A stretch of DNA of 64,000 nt, from positions 7,113 to 71,112 of the forward strand of contig JAFUIN010000009.1 in assembly GCA_017468465.1 (NCBI GenBank), read 5' to 3'. How positions within the stretch are numbered: the first letter of the stretch is position 1; the number at the start of each line of letters is the position of its first letter. A model generated the notes under the pieces. The model was given only the letters and a program-made list of their open reading frames with translations, searched no databases and was not told the origin of the DNA. Made by a program: the position numbers and the translations under genes. The DNA is from Clostridia bacterium. Its GTDB lineage: Bacteria > Bacillota > Clostridia > UMGS1840. Shown piece after piece: positions 49,333-58,878 of this stretch.

Positions 49333-49986
49333 ATGATTGAAGAACAATATATCAATTTTGAATTTATCCTTCGGTATATTCGCTCGCTTGTGACCGAGGA
49401 TGTCACCAAATTATATGATTTTGCAATGGACAAGGATATTCCCGTTGCCAAGCCGGAAACTACCAAGCTGCTCTACCTTTTGGCAATGATAAAACAGCCG
49501 AAAAAGGTGCTGGAGCTGGGGACGGGTATTGGGTGCTCTGCGGTGATTTTGTCCAAAGCCATTGGCGAGGATGCCACCATTGTTACCGTGGAGAAAAATC
49601 CGGATAACTATGAAGAAGCTTGCAGATTGTTTCAGGAAAACGGTTTGGAGAAACGGATTTTTCCCAAAAACGGTGACGGCATGGACGTCTTAAAAGAGCT
49701 GGAAGCATCCGGCGAAACCTTTGATTTTATCTTTTTGGACAGCGCAAAAGGGCAATACTATGATTATCTGCCATACTTAAAAAAGCTGCTTCTCAAAGGA
49801 GGCGTGCTGGTGACCGACAACGTGCTTTATAAAGGGATGGTTGCCAATGACGATTTGCTGATTTTACGGAAAAAAACCATTGTAAAACGGCTTCGGATGT
49901 ATTTGGATGCCATTAGTCACGATGGGGAATTGGAAAGTGTTGTCATTCCCATTGGCGACGGTATTTCTCTCACTGTTAAGAAATAA
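49333..49986 (+). CDS. trmR: Class I SAM-dependent O-methyltransferase (YrrM/TrmR-like)
   Basis: O-methyltransferase family 3 motifs (VLELGTGIGCSA, FIFLDSAKGQY). Synteny with the following U32 peptidase mirrors B. subtilis yrrM-yrrN-yrrO. Confidence 0.75.
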   Translation: MIEEQYINFEFILRYIRSLVTEDVTKLYDFAMDKDIPVAKPETTKLLYLLAMIKQPKKVLELGTGIGCSAVILSKAIGEDATIVTVEKNPDNYEEACRLFQENGLEKRIFPKNGDGMDVLKELEASGETFDFIFLDSAKGQYYDYLPYLKKLLLKGGVLVTDNVLYKGMVANDDLLILRKKTIVKRLRMYLDAISHDGELESVVIPIGDGISLTVKK

Positions 49987-50007
49987 ATTTATGAAGAGGT
50001 CAATCAT

Positions 50008-51267
50008 ATGAATAATATAGAAAAATTAGAGCTTTTATCTCCTGCGGGAGATTTGGAGAAGCTGGAAACCGCAGGTGTTTTTGGTGCAGATGCGGCATAT
50101 ATCGGCTTAAATGGGTTGTCCCTTCGGGCACCGCAACAGCTGTTTTCCGGTGATTATCTGAAACAAGCCATAGAACTTAAGAAAAAATACAATATGAAGC
50201 TGTATGGCGCTTGCAATATGGTCATGCGAGACGGTGATTTTGCCAAGCTGGAGCGTGCGGTAAAAGAAGCTTACGAAATGGGGATAGATGCAGTCATCGC
50301 TTCCGATTTGGGAGCCTTGTGTCTCATTAAAAAATGGTGCCCCGATTTGGAAGTGCACATGAGCACACAGGCGAATATCTTAAATTCGGTTGCCTCTAAC
50401 ACCTATTATAATATGGGTGCAAAGCGTGTGGTGCTGGCAAGAGAATTAACCCTGGAGGAAATTGCAGATATCCGTGCAAAAACCAATCCCGATTTGGATT
50501 TGGAGGCCTTTTGTCATGGTGCAATGTGCATTTCTTATTCCGGTCGGTGCTTGCTTTCTGCTTATATGACAGGCAGAGACTCCAATCGTGGAGAATGCGC
50601 CCAGCCTTGCCGTTGGAAATATAAGCTTTATGAAGAAAAACGTCCCAACTATCCCTTTACCATCGGTGGCTCGGAAAACGGGACTTATATTATGAATGCC
50701 AAGGATATGTGCATGATTGAGCATCTGGACAAGCTGTATCAGGCTGGGATTACCTCCTTCAAAATTGAAGGGCGTATGAAAACACCCTACTATGTAGCAG
50801 TTACCACCAATGCCTACCGAAAGGCACTTGACATTCTGAAACAAAATCCCGCTTCTTATCAATTACCCGAGGATGTGCTTTCGGAGGTCAATAAGGTCAG
50901 CCACAGAGAATACTGCCAAGGTTTTTATTTTGGCAATCCCTATGCAGACGGTCAGCTGGTGCATACCTCCGACTATGTAAGAGACTATACCTTGGTTGGT
51001 GTTGTCACCGGTTACGATCGGGAAACCAAGCGGCTGTATATTGAACAGCGAAATAAATTTTATAAAGATGATATTTTAGACGTTTTAACAACCGGGGGAG
51101 AAAGTGTTTTGATTTCTGCTTCCGATTTACGAAATCCCGATGGGGAAGAAATGGAATCAGCACCTCATGCACAGCAGATTGTAAGCATCTTTTCCGAAAC
51201 AGAATTTCCGATAAATTCGATGCTTCGCAGAAAATGCAAATGGCAGGAAGATTCTTCCAACCGATAA
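50008..51267 (+). CDS. Peptidase U32 family protein (TrhP-like, tRNA uridine hydroxylation)
   Basis: U32 signature region (ELEAFCHGAMCISYSGRCLLSAYMTGRDSNRGECAQPCRW); 419 aa. Confidence 0.85.
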   Translation: MNNIEKLELLSPAGDLEKLETAGVFGADAAYIGLNGLSLRAPQQLFSGDYLKQAIELKKKYNMKLYGACNMVMRDGDFAKLERAVKEAYEMGIDAVIASDLGALCLIKKWCPDLEVHMSTQANILNSVASNTYYNMGAKRVVLARELTLEEIADIRAKTNPDLDLEAFCHGAMCISYSGRCLLSAYMTGRDSNRGECAQPCRWKYKLYEEKRPNYPFTIGGSENGTYIMNAKDMCMIEHLDKLYQAGITSFKIEGRMKTPYYVAVTTNAYRKALDILKQNPASYQLPEDVLSEVNKVSHREYCQGFYFGNPYADGQLVHTSDYVRDYTLVGVVTGYDRETKRLYIEQRNKFYKDDILDVLTTGGESVLISASDLRNPDGEEMESAPHAQQIVSIFSETEFPINSMLRRKCKWQEDSSNR

Positions 51268-51294
51268 TTATTATACAAAAAATAGAGAAAAGGA

Positions 51295-54200
51295 ATGGTG
51301 AACCCTATGAAACCTTCTTTCATTATCGCCCTGATTTTTGCAGCGTTTTTCTGGTTTATATCTCAGGACCAGAACAACCGTCTGCAAAAAGAAAGTCCGG
51401 TACGGGCGCCTCATACAGCGTGCTATTGGATTCTTTGCATCACTACATTGATTAAAATTATCATTGCGCCTTATTTTAAGGGCTACGAGGTGGACATGAA
51501 CACCTATTCTGCCTGGATGCAACGGGCAGCGCAAGGCTTAAACGGCTTCTATCAGGAAGGCTATTTTTGCGATTATCCGCCGCTTTACATTATGATGACC
51601 GGTTTCTTCGGCTGGCTTTGCAAGCTCTTTGGCGGTGGCGATTATCTTACCAAGTTGTTTGTCAAAATGCCCGGCATTTTAGCAGAGGGCTTGATTATTT
51701 ACGAAATGCTGAAGGTTTACAGCAAGCATTATCCCAAAAGCAAGCATGCAAGCTTTGCTGTGACGCTGGCTCTTTTGCCTTCTTTTTTGGTAACCGGTAC
51801 TTATTGGGGACAAACCGATTCTATTTTCTGTTATTTGATGCTTTTAACCCTTCGGTTTGTAATGGAGGATAAGCTGACCTTGTCGGCACTTTTCTTCACC
51901 CTTTCGGCGCTGACCAAGCCCCAAAGCTTTTTATTTGCGCCCTTGTTTGCCGTTTTGTTTGCAAAAAGCGATTCTTTGGTGCTCATTCCCAAATGGAAAG
52001 AAAAATTTCACAGAGTGCCAAAAGTCCTTTGGAATCTCATTGTTACCTTTATATTCGCACTGGCTTTGATGAGCATTTCTATGATTCCCTTCCGTGGCGG
52101 TGTGCCGGATTTATTATTCCTGATTTCCAAATATACCGAAACCTTTTCTTCTTACCCCTATGCTTCCTTGAATACCTTTAATTTGTTTGGGCTTTTAGGC
52201 GGCAACATGGTGGACATCAATAAACCCTTCCTGTTTCTGACCTATGCAAAATGGGGCATTATTTTGATGGCAGCCTGTGTGGTGTTTGCTCTCGTTTTGG
52301 TGTGGAAAAACAAAGATAAGAAAAACCTGTTCCTCATTTTTGGAACCTATCTGTTTGCCATTGTCATGCTAGGCTCTAAAATGCACGAGCGTTATTGGTA
52401 TTTTGTTCCGGTGCTGCTGTTTCTGTCGTTTATTGTAACCGGTAAGAAAAAATATTTTGGCATTGCATCTTTTTTAAGCATTTCTTACTTTATGAATCTG
52501 ATGTTTGCATTGGATTATTTAAGCGGTGTGCAAGATCCGTTCAACCGGATGATGTTTGTTTGCTTCACTTTGGCAAACCTTGCTCTTTTGGTATATCTCA
52601 TTTACGATGTATGGGGAACCGTTACCGCAGGCTGCCCCAAAAAAGAACGTAGAGTCATAGAATATTCCGAAAAATTCACCTGGAAAAGTGGGGTTGCACT
52701 CCTTTTGGTGATGCTGCTCTTTGGCGGCAGTGCATATTACCGTCTGGGCAGTACCAAACATACACCCCAGACTTATGCAAAGGTTGCAAAAGGAACTTCC
52801 GTTACCTTCCAGTTTGACGAGCCGAAAACCGTAAGCGACATCCAGTATTTTGCCGGATACGGACTGAGAAACTATAAAATCCGTTGCAGCGGGCCCTCCC
52901 GTAGTGATTATCTTTATATGTCCGGCAAGCAGGAAAAATCCACCTATGTGTTCAGCTGGCAGAAAGAAAATGCCGGAAATATGCTGCTTACTTCTGTGAC
53001 ATTGGAAGTATTGGACAACGGTTCCGACGCTGTGACCGAATGGGGCGAATTTGCGTTTTATGATGCAAACGGTGCATACATTCCTTACCATGTAAATGCG
53101 CCTGCCGGTGTGGAAATCGGTGCATTTAACGATGAAGCTGATGTGATTCCCCAGGTTCCGTCTTATGAAAACAGCTTCTATTTTGACGAAATTTATCATG
53201 GCAGAACTGCCTATGAATACAAAAACGACCTTCCCATTTACGAAACCACTCATCCGCCTCTCGGAAAGCTCATCATGACCATTGGCATCAGCCTATTTGG
53301 CTGGAATATGCTGGGAGTTCGTTTTATGGGCGTGCTGTTTGGAATTCTGATGATTCCTTGCTTTTATCAGCTTTCCCGCCGGTTATTCAAATATCATTGG
53401 ATTGCCCTTTTAACAACTGTGATATTCAGTTTTGATTTTATGCACCTCTCTCATTCCAGAATTGCGTCCATCGACTCGTTTATGGTCTTCTTCATTTTGG
53501 CAGCTTTTACCTTTCTTGTGGAATTCCTCCACGAATATGAGGCAAAAGGGGTTAGCACAAAAGCACTGGTCTTTCTGGGCGTTTCCGGTGCGATGTTCGG
53601 GTGCGGTGCAGCAGTAAAATGGGCAGCAATTTATGCAGGACTCGGGCTTTGCGCTGTGTATATTTATGCCATTTTCATTCGTTACAAAAAAACCAAAAAC
53701 GGAGCAGAAATTGGCAAACTCATTCGCTGGTCCTTGGGGCTGTATGCGGTGTTGCCGTTTGCCATTTATTATTTCAGCTACATTCCCTATTTCTCTTGCT
53801 TCAATCAGGAGCTTACCTGGCAAAGCTTTTGGGGCGCACAAAAACATATGTATTCCTATCACAGCGGCTTGACTGCAACCCATCCTTACAGTGCTGCCTG
53901 GTATGACTGGATTATTGATTTGCGTCCGCTTTGGATGCACCAGGGCGTTCTTTTGGCAGACGGAAATCGGGAAACCATTGCCACGATGAGCAATCCCATT
54001 TTCATCTGGGGCGGATTGGCGGCGTTGATTTACACTTTGGTGTGGTGCATCAAAGAAAAGAAAATGCCGGTGAGTGCCTTTGTGATTTTTGCAGGGTACT
54101 TCTCCCAGATTCTTCCCTGGACTTTTGTCAGCCGTGTAACCTTTACCTATCACTATTTCCCCATGCTTGCCTTTTTGGCGCTCTCATGCGGTTTCTATTG

Positions 54201-54363
54201 GAAGCACGCTGTAGCAGAAAAAGGAAAACGAATCACCGTTCCGGCTGTGGTGTGTGTGGCGGCGGTAGCACTGTTCTTCTTATATTATCCTGTGCTTACC
54301 GGTGTTGTGGCACCAAAAGAATACATTGAGTTCTTAAAAATCATGCCAAACTGGATTTTCTAA
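51295..54363 (+). CDS. Fusion membrane glycosyltransferase: N-terminal GT-C module, beta-sandwich domain and C-terminal PMT/GT39-like module
   Basis: 1022 aa with more than 20 TM helices. The N-module has DMNTYSAW...DYPPLY. The middle soluble segment looks discoidin-like (...WGEFAFYD). The C-module has the PMT-type FDEIYHGRTAYE...THPPLGK and a PMT_4TMC-like end. Confidence 0.75.
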   Translation: MVNPMKPSFIIALIFAAFFWFISQDQNNRLQKESPVRAPHTACYWILCITTLIKIIIAPYFKGYEVDMNTYSAWMQRAAQGLNGFYQEGYFCDYPPLYIMMTGFFGWLCKLFGGGDYLTKLFVKMPGILAEGLIIYEMLKVYSKHYPKSKHASFAVTLALLPSFLVTGTYWGQTDSIFCYLMLLTLRFVMEDKLTLSALFFTLSALTKPQSFLFAPLFAVLFAKSDSLVLIPKWKEKFHRVPKVLWNLIVTFIFALALMSISMIPFRGGVPDLLFLISKYTETFSSYPYASLNTFNLFGLLGGNMVDINKPFLFLTYAKWGIILMAACVVFALVLVWKNKDKKNLFLIFGTYLFAIVMLGSKMHERYWYFVPVLLFLSFIVTGKKKYFGIASFLSISYFMNLMFALDYLSGVQDPFNRMMFVCFTLANLALLVYLIYDVWGTVTAGCPKKERRVIEYSEKFTWKSGVALLLVMLLFGGSAYYRLGSTKHTPQTYAKVAKGTSVTFQFDEPKTVSDIQYFAGYGLRNYKIRCSGPSRSDYLYMSGKQEKSTYVFSWQKENAGNMLLTSVTLEVLDNGSDAVTEWGEFAFYDANGAYIPYHVNAPAGVEIGAFNDEADVIPQVPSYENSFYFDEIYHGRTAYEYKNDLPIYETTHPPLGKLIMTIGISLFGWNMLGVRFMGVLFGILMIPCFYQLSRRLFKYHWIALLTTVIFSFDFMHLSHSRIASIDSFMVFFILAAFTFLVEFLHEYEAKGVSTKALVFLGVSGAMFGCGAAVKWAAIYAGLGLCAVYIYAIFIRYKKTKNGAEIGKLIRWSLGLYAVLPFAIYYFSYIPYFSCFNQELTWQSFWGAQKHMYSYHSGLTATHPYSAAWYDWIIDLRPLWMHQGVLLADGNRETIATMSNPIFIWGGLAALIYTLVWCIKEKKMPVSAFVIFAGYFSQILPWTFVSRVTFTYHYFPMLAFLALSCGFYWKHAVAEKGKRITVPAVVCVAAVALFFLYYPVLTGVVAPKEYIEFLKIMPNWIF

Positions 54364-54442
54364 AAAAATAAAAAAAATTTTTAGAGAAAAAAGGAATTCA
54401 GAAAGATATGTCGAATTAAACTAATAAGAGGAGAGATTCAAA

Positions 54443-55282
54443 TTGAAAACAATTAGCGCAAACGAAATTACCAAAACTGTCCGCCAGATGTGTATTGATG
54501 CCAATACCATTCTGCCGGATGACGCATATAATTCCATCTGTTCTGCTTGTAAAATTGAGCAGAATGCAGTTGGAAAAAACATTTTAGAAAAACTGATTGT
54601 CAATGCAGACATTGCCAAAGAAGAACGAATTCCCATCTGTCAGGATACCGGCTATGCGGTGTTTTTTATAGAAGTTGGGCAGGAAGTTTATGTTGACGGC
54701 AATCTCACCGACGCTATTAACGAAGGCGTTCGTCAGGGTTACATTGACGGTTACTTAAGAAAATCGGTTGTGTCAGACCCCTTGGAAAGAGTCAACACAG
54801 GCGATAACACTCCCGCCATTATCCATTACGATATTGTCAGCGGCGATTCTTTGAAAATCACCTTTGCACCCAAAGGCTTCGGCAGCGAAAACATGAGCAA
54901 AATTGAAATGCTTTCACCGTCTGCCGGATATGACGGCGTTGTAGATGTGGTAATGGATGCAATCAAATATGCAGGGCCAAATCCCTGCCCGCCCATTGTT
55001 GTGGGTGTTTGTGTCGGCGGCGATTTTGAGCAGGCTGCAAAGCTTGCGAAAAAAGCATTGACCTTACCCATTGGAACCGTGCCGGAAAAACCGCTGTATC
55101 AGAAGATGCAAAAAGAGTTGATGGAAAAAATCAACCAAACCGGTATTGGTCCTGCAGGGTTAGGCGGCGAAACGACAGCACTGTGGGTTAATATTATCGA
55201 CCATCCCACTCACATTGCGGGCTTGCCCGTTGCAGTGAATATCTGCTGTCACGTATCTCGCCATATTACCAAAGTTCTTTAA
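54443..55282 (+). CDS. Fe-S type hydro-lyase alpha subunit (class I fumarate hydratase / tartrate dehydratase alpha)
   Basis: TTG start after AAGAGGAGAG. The pattern PICQDTGYAVFFIEVG and a Cys-containing C-terminus match the alpha subunit. No beta-subunit gene follows. Confidence 0.85.
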   Translation: MKTISANEITKTVRQMCIDANTILPDDAYNSICSACKIEQNAVGKNILEKLIVNADIAKEERIPICQDTGYAVFFIEVGQEVYVDGNLTDAINEGVRQGYIDGYLRKSVVSDPLERVNTGDNTPAIIHYDIVSGDSLKITFAPKGFGSENMSKIEMLSPSAGYDGVVDVVMDAIKYAGPNPCPPIVVGVCVGGDFEQAAKLAKKALTLPIGTVPEKPLYQKMQKELMEKINQTGIGPAGLGGETTALWVNIIDHPTHIAGLPVAVNICCHVSRHITKVL

Positions 55283-55400
55283 TTTGTAATGGTGCGGATT
55301 CTGTTGGATTCGCTTTCCATAAAAATAACAGTTCGGTTCGTCGGACGAGCCGCAGTGTACGGATTTTCCATTCGAATCGGCTGAAAAAAGGAGAATCACT

Positions 55401-55955
55401 ATGAGAGTAACTTTTAACGAAAGAAAATTCCAGGCGAAAGACAGTTTCAAAGAAAAATTTGCAGCGAAATTATCTAAGTTTGATAAAATTTTTGATGATA
55501 CTGCAGATGCAACAGTTACTTTGTCTCTCATCAAGGACACGTATATTGTGGAGTTGACCATTTTCTATAAAGACACCATTTTCCGTGTGGAAGAGGCGAA
55601 TGCCGATATTTGGACAGCAATGGACGAATTGATGGAAAACCTGAAAAAACAAATCCGCAAATATAAAACCAAAATTGAAAATAAAATCAAAAAGGCAAAT
55701 GTCATTGAACAAACCTTTGAAGATTTTGATGCAGATGAGGAAGAACAAGGAACAGAATATTATCCCGAAGAAACCGAGTTCACCGTTGCACGTTCTAAGG
55801 TGATTTCCTTAAAACCCATGTATGTGGATGAGGCAATTCTCCAGATGAATCTGTTGGGGCATACCTTCTTTGCATTCCGCAATGCACAAACCGACCAGAT
55901 TAACATTGTATATAAGAGAAAAGATGACAAATACGGCATTTTAGAAACCGAGTAA
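55401..55955 (+). CDS. hpf: Ribosome hibernation promoting factor (long HPF)
   Basis: 184 aa with an N-terminal RaiA/HPF fold and a C-terminal dimerisation domain (KPMYVDEAILQMNLLGHTFFAFRNAQTDQINIVYKRKDDKYGILE). Confidence 0.9.
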   Translation: MRVTFNERKFQAKDSFKEKFAAKLSKFDKIFDDTADATVTLSLIKDTYIVELTIFYKDTIFRVEEANADIWTAMDELMENLKKQIRKYKTKIENKIKKANVIEQTFEDFDADEEEQGTEYYPEETEFTVARSKVISLKPMYVDEAILQMNLLGHTFFAFRNAQTDQINIVYKRKDDKYGILETE

Positions 55956-56312
55956 TGTTTGATAAAAGAATCCAGACCACAAAAAAGCAATGGGGATAGT
56001 AAAATATTTATTTTTATAAAGTGAAAATTGTTTGCAACAATTTTGGATTGTAATTGCTTTTTTGTTACGAACAAACTTCACCTCTCGGCGTAGCATTGCA
56101 TGCAGCATTGTAGGGGGCGGCGTCCTCGACGACCCGCATATTTTCAATGCAGGCAAGTGTCTGTCACCGAAATTATGAATTGTGCATTCTGCATTATTCA
56201 TTGCTTCCTATGCCGTGCGCAGCACTTCTCTGCGCCTATTTGCGGCTTGATAAAAGGCGCATAATCCGTTAATCTCACCGCTCAGCGTACACACGGTACG
56301 CTTTCGGGAAGA

Positions 56313-56340
56313 GAAAACCGTTGGTTTTCTTTCGATTTTC
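56313..56340 (+). terminator. Terminator-like hairpin inside a long intergenic region
   Basis: Stem gaaaacc / ggttttc is followed by tttcgatttt. Confidence 0.35.
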
Positions 56341-56471
56341 AGATTCTGCATCCTTTTCTCTGCGCCTTGGTTGTGGTTCGATAAAACAGCGAACAGTTAG
56401 AACCGCCAATGGCGATCATTCCGAGTGTTACTGGCACTTTATATTGAGAAATCTCAATTTCAAAAAATATC

Positions 56472-56503
56472 AAAAAAAGGCGAGCAGTTTTGCTCGCCTT
56501 TTC
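56472..56503. terminator. Strong hairpin immediately upstream of the TM1266-like gene RBS
   Basis: 9-bp stem aggcgagca-gttt-tgctcgcct is flanked by aaaaaaa (5') and tttt (3'). It ends 7 nt before AAAGGAG. Confidence 0.55.
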
Positions 56504-56524
56504 ATTCCAAAAAGGAGAATACAT

Positions 56525-56770
56525 ATGAGTAACACAACCAAAATTGCAGTAATTGCCATTCTCATTGAGGATGTTTCTGTCAGTGATAAGGTGAATAGCT
56601 TGCTTCATCAATATGGCGATAAAATCGTTGGCAGAATGGGCATTCCATACCGGGAAAAAGACGTCAATATCATTTCTGTGGTGATGGACGCATCTATGGA
56701 CGACATCAATTCCCTTTCGGGCGGCTTGGGCAGAATCCCGAAGGTTCGGGTGAAGGTTTTAAGTGCATAA
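56525..56770 (+). CDS. TM1266-family small regulator (putative iron-only hydrogenase system regulator, ACT/NikR-C-like)
   Basis: 81 aa. IAVIAILIEDVSVSDKVNSLLHQYGDKIVGRMGIPYREKDVNIISVVMDAS matches my recollection of the TM1266 family. Confidence 0.65.
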   Translation: MSNTTKIAVIAILIEDVSVSDKVNSLLHQYGDKIVGRMGIPYREKDVNIISVVMDASMDDINSLSGGLGRIPKVRVKVLSA

Positions 56771-56972
56771 GGGCTGATTTTAATTTTCGTAAAGCATTGC
56801 TTTTTTTAAGAGCATTTTTTTCATTTTTTAACAGTTAAATTTTTCCGGAATATAATCTCCAAAAAACACACAAACTATGACTGACTTCACAAGAAAGCGT
56901 TGTTATGGCTTTTCATAATTCGTCTTTTTTCTGAAGTTAAAATAGAAAAATTTTTAAGGAGATTAAAACGTT

Positions 56973-57164
56973 ATGGCAAGCAACAAGAATTTAGTTCCCG
57001 AAGCAAAAGAAGCACTGAACAGATTCAAAATGGAAGCTGCTCAGGATGTAGGTGTTAACTTAAAACAGGGTTACAATGGTGATTTAACCTCTAAAGAAGC
57101 CGGCTCTGTTGGCGGTCAGATGGTTAAAAAAATGATTCAGTCTTACGAAAATAATATGAAATAA
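56973..57164 (+). CDS. Alpha/beta-type small acid-soluble spore protein
   Basis: 63 aa with the conserved SASP blocks LVPEAKEALNRFKMEAAQDVGV and SKEAGSVGGQMVKKMI. Confidence 0.92.
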   Translation: MASNKNLVPEAKEALNRFKMEAAQDVGVNLKQGYNGDLTSKEAGSVGGQMVKKMIQSYENNMK

Positions 57165-57242
57165 TAAGGGTTTTTAACAAGCCCTGTCTTCTCTTGATTT
57201 TTCTTTGATTTTTTTTGAAAAAATCAAAGAGTGTAGAAAAAT

Positions 57243-57274
57243 AAAAAACGGTATTCAACTGAATACCGTTTTTT
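57243..57274. terminator. Bidirectional terminator between the SASP gene and yjbQ
   Basis: Stem cggtattc-aact-gaataccg is flanked by aaaaaa and tttttt. Confidence 0.8.
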
Positions 57275-57285
57275 ATTTTCATCCG

Positions 57286-57687
57286 TTACTGTTCTGAAGC
57301 GGGAAGAAATTTAAGATAATAATTACGGGTTCTCGGCCCGTCAAATTCCATAAAATAAATCCCCTGAAATTGCCCTAATACCAGCTTTTTGTTTTCCACA
57401 ATCAAAGGCAGTGAAACGCCCGAAATGGTAGAGCGGATATGAGCATGTGCATTGCCCTCGTAGTGAAGATACTTTTCGTTTTCAGGAAATGCCTCCCGAT
57501 AAGCAGATAAGATGTCAGCTTTAACGTCGATATCCACATTTTCGCTGACAACAACCGATGCTGTGGTATGTGGACAATATACCAAAAGAAGACCGTCTTT
57601 CCACCCGTTTTTTTCGATTTGATTTTTCACCTCGGCAGTAATGTTATACATTCCTTCCTTGCCGGTTACCAAACTGCAGATATTCAT
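57286..57687 (-). CDS. yjbQ: YjbQ/UPF0047 family protein (secondary thiamine-phosphate synthase)
   Basis: Start MNICSLVTGKEGMYNIT follows AAAGGGGA. The motifs VYCPHTTASVVVSEN and GNAHAHIRS are family-typical. Confidence 0.85.
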   Translation of the reverse strand: MNICSLVTGKEGMYNITAEVKNQIEKNGWKDGLLLVYCPHTTASVVVSENVDIDVKADILSAYREAFPENEKYLHYEGNAHAHIRSTISGVSLPLIVENKKLVLGQFQGIYFMEFDGPRTRNYYLKFLPASEQ

Positions 57688-57709
57688 AAGAAGTCCCCTT
57701 TCTTTTTTG

Positions 57710-58678
57710 TTATTTATTCTCATTTTCTTGCCGTTCAAAGTGTGACAGCGGGTTTTGATCTATGGCTTCTTTTACCATAGTATCGTCTGTATGTGTATAG
57801 ATTTCTGTCGTGTTCAAATGCTCGTGCCCCAACACTCTTTGCAGCGTTTTAATATCCACTTTTCCATGCTTATACATCAAGGTTGCCGCTGTGTGACGGA
57901 GCTTATGGGTAGAAAGCTTGGTTGCATCCAGCCCTGCCTTCCGAATTAAATTTTTTATGGTATATTGAATGCCGGCAACTGAAATTGGTGTTCCTCGTGA
58001 GGAAAGAAGCAGAGCATTGTATTGATTTTTCGGCCGCACCTTCAGATAATCCTGCAAGGCTTTTTTTGTAGCTTCATTTAAGAACAGCTGTCGTTCCTTG
58101 TTGCCTTTTCCGGTAACGGTGAGGGTGTCACTGCGGATATCATTTAACTGAATGTTTTGCAGCTCCGAAACACGCAACCCGCAATTTAAGAGAATCATCA
58201 GCATCAGGTAGTCTCGTTCTTTGGTTTTTCCACCTACTGCATTGAGCAATGTTTGCGCTTCCTTTAATTCTAAATATCGAGGCAGATTTTTTGGTGTTTT
58301 CGGCATTTCTAAATCTTTGGCAATGTCCTTTTCCAAAAGATGCACTTTGATATGTAAATATTTATAAAAGGATTTGATGCAAGAAAGTTTTCTTGCTCTG
58401 GCTTTTACGCCGTTTCCCTTTTCTTTGCTTAAATACATAAGATATTCATAGATGTCGGTTAATTCAATGGATTTTATCAGTTGAATATCCACCTGCGAAA
58501 TCACAATTTCATCCAGCGGGAGCGGGGAAGCTGTTTTTTGTTTTACAATATATCGAAAAAAAGTTTGTAAATCGTACGCATATTCTTTCACGGTTAAAGG
58601 AGATTTTCCTTCAATGGTGAGCTTGTGAGACAAAAAATTCCGCACAAGCTGTGAGTGGTTTTTCATATAATCACTCAT
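57710..58678 (-). CDS. Tyrosine recombinase, XerC/XerD-like
   Basis: 322 aa with a SAM-like N-domain and the catalytic residues R (GLRVSEL), HKLRHTAAT and GHEHLNTTEIYTH. Confidence 0.85.
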   Translation of the reverse strand: MSDYMKNHSQLVRNFLSHKLTIEGKSPLTVKEYAYDLQTFFRYIVKQKTASPLPLDEIVISQVDIQLIKSIELTDIYEYLMYLSKEKGNGVKARARKLSCIKSFYKYLHIKVHLLEKDIAKDLEMPKTPKNLPRYLELKEAQTLLNAVGGKTKERDYLMLMILLNCGLRVSELQNIQLNDIRSDTLTVTGKGNKERQLFLNEATKKALQDYLKVRPKNQYNALLLSSRGTPISVAGIQYTIKNLIRKAGLDATKLSTHKLRHTAATLMYKHGKVDIKTLQRVLGHEHLNTTEIYTHTDDTMVKEAIDQNPLSHFERQENENK

Positions 58679-58878
58679 ATTGAATCTCCTCCTGCAATGT
58701 CATTTTTTCTCCTTTTTTCCAGTATAGCATACTATCTTTCCAAAAGCAAGAAGAAAAAGAAAAAAATCGGCTTTTTTTGTTGAACGAAACCTTGGTTTTG
58801 TCGACAAAATAGGGTAAAAAATGCAGTTTGTTTATGGTATACTGAAGGTCCGAATCCCGTGATAGAAAAAGAGTGTGA

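Noticed and set aside
55956-56524. Known housekeeping ncRNA (6S, SRP, RNase P, tmRNA) in the long hpf-downstream spacer
   Set aside because: None of the conserved cores I can recall is present: the RNase P GAGGAAAGUCC motif, the SRP domain IV motif, or the tmRNA acceptor and tag regions. The region is only reported as an uncharacterised structured spacer.
56771-56972. Forespore (sigma-G/F) promoter upstream of the SASP gene
   Set aside because: One is expected on biological grounds. I could not find a convincing match to the -35 GnATA / -10 CATnnTA-type consensus at proper spacing by eye, so no feature is reported.
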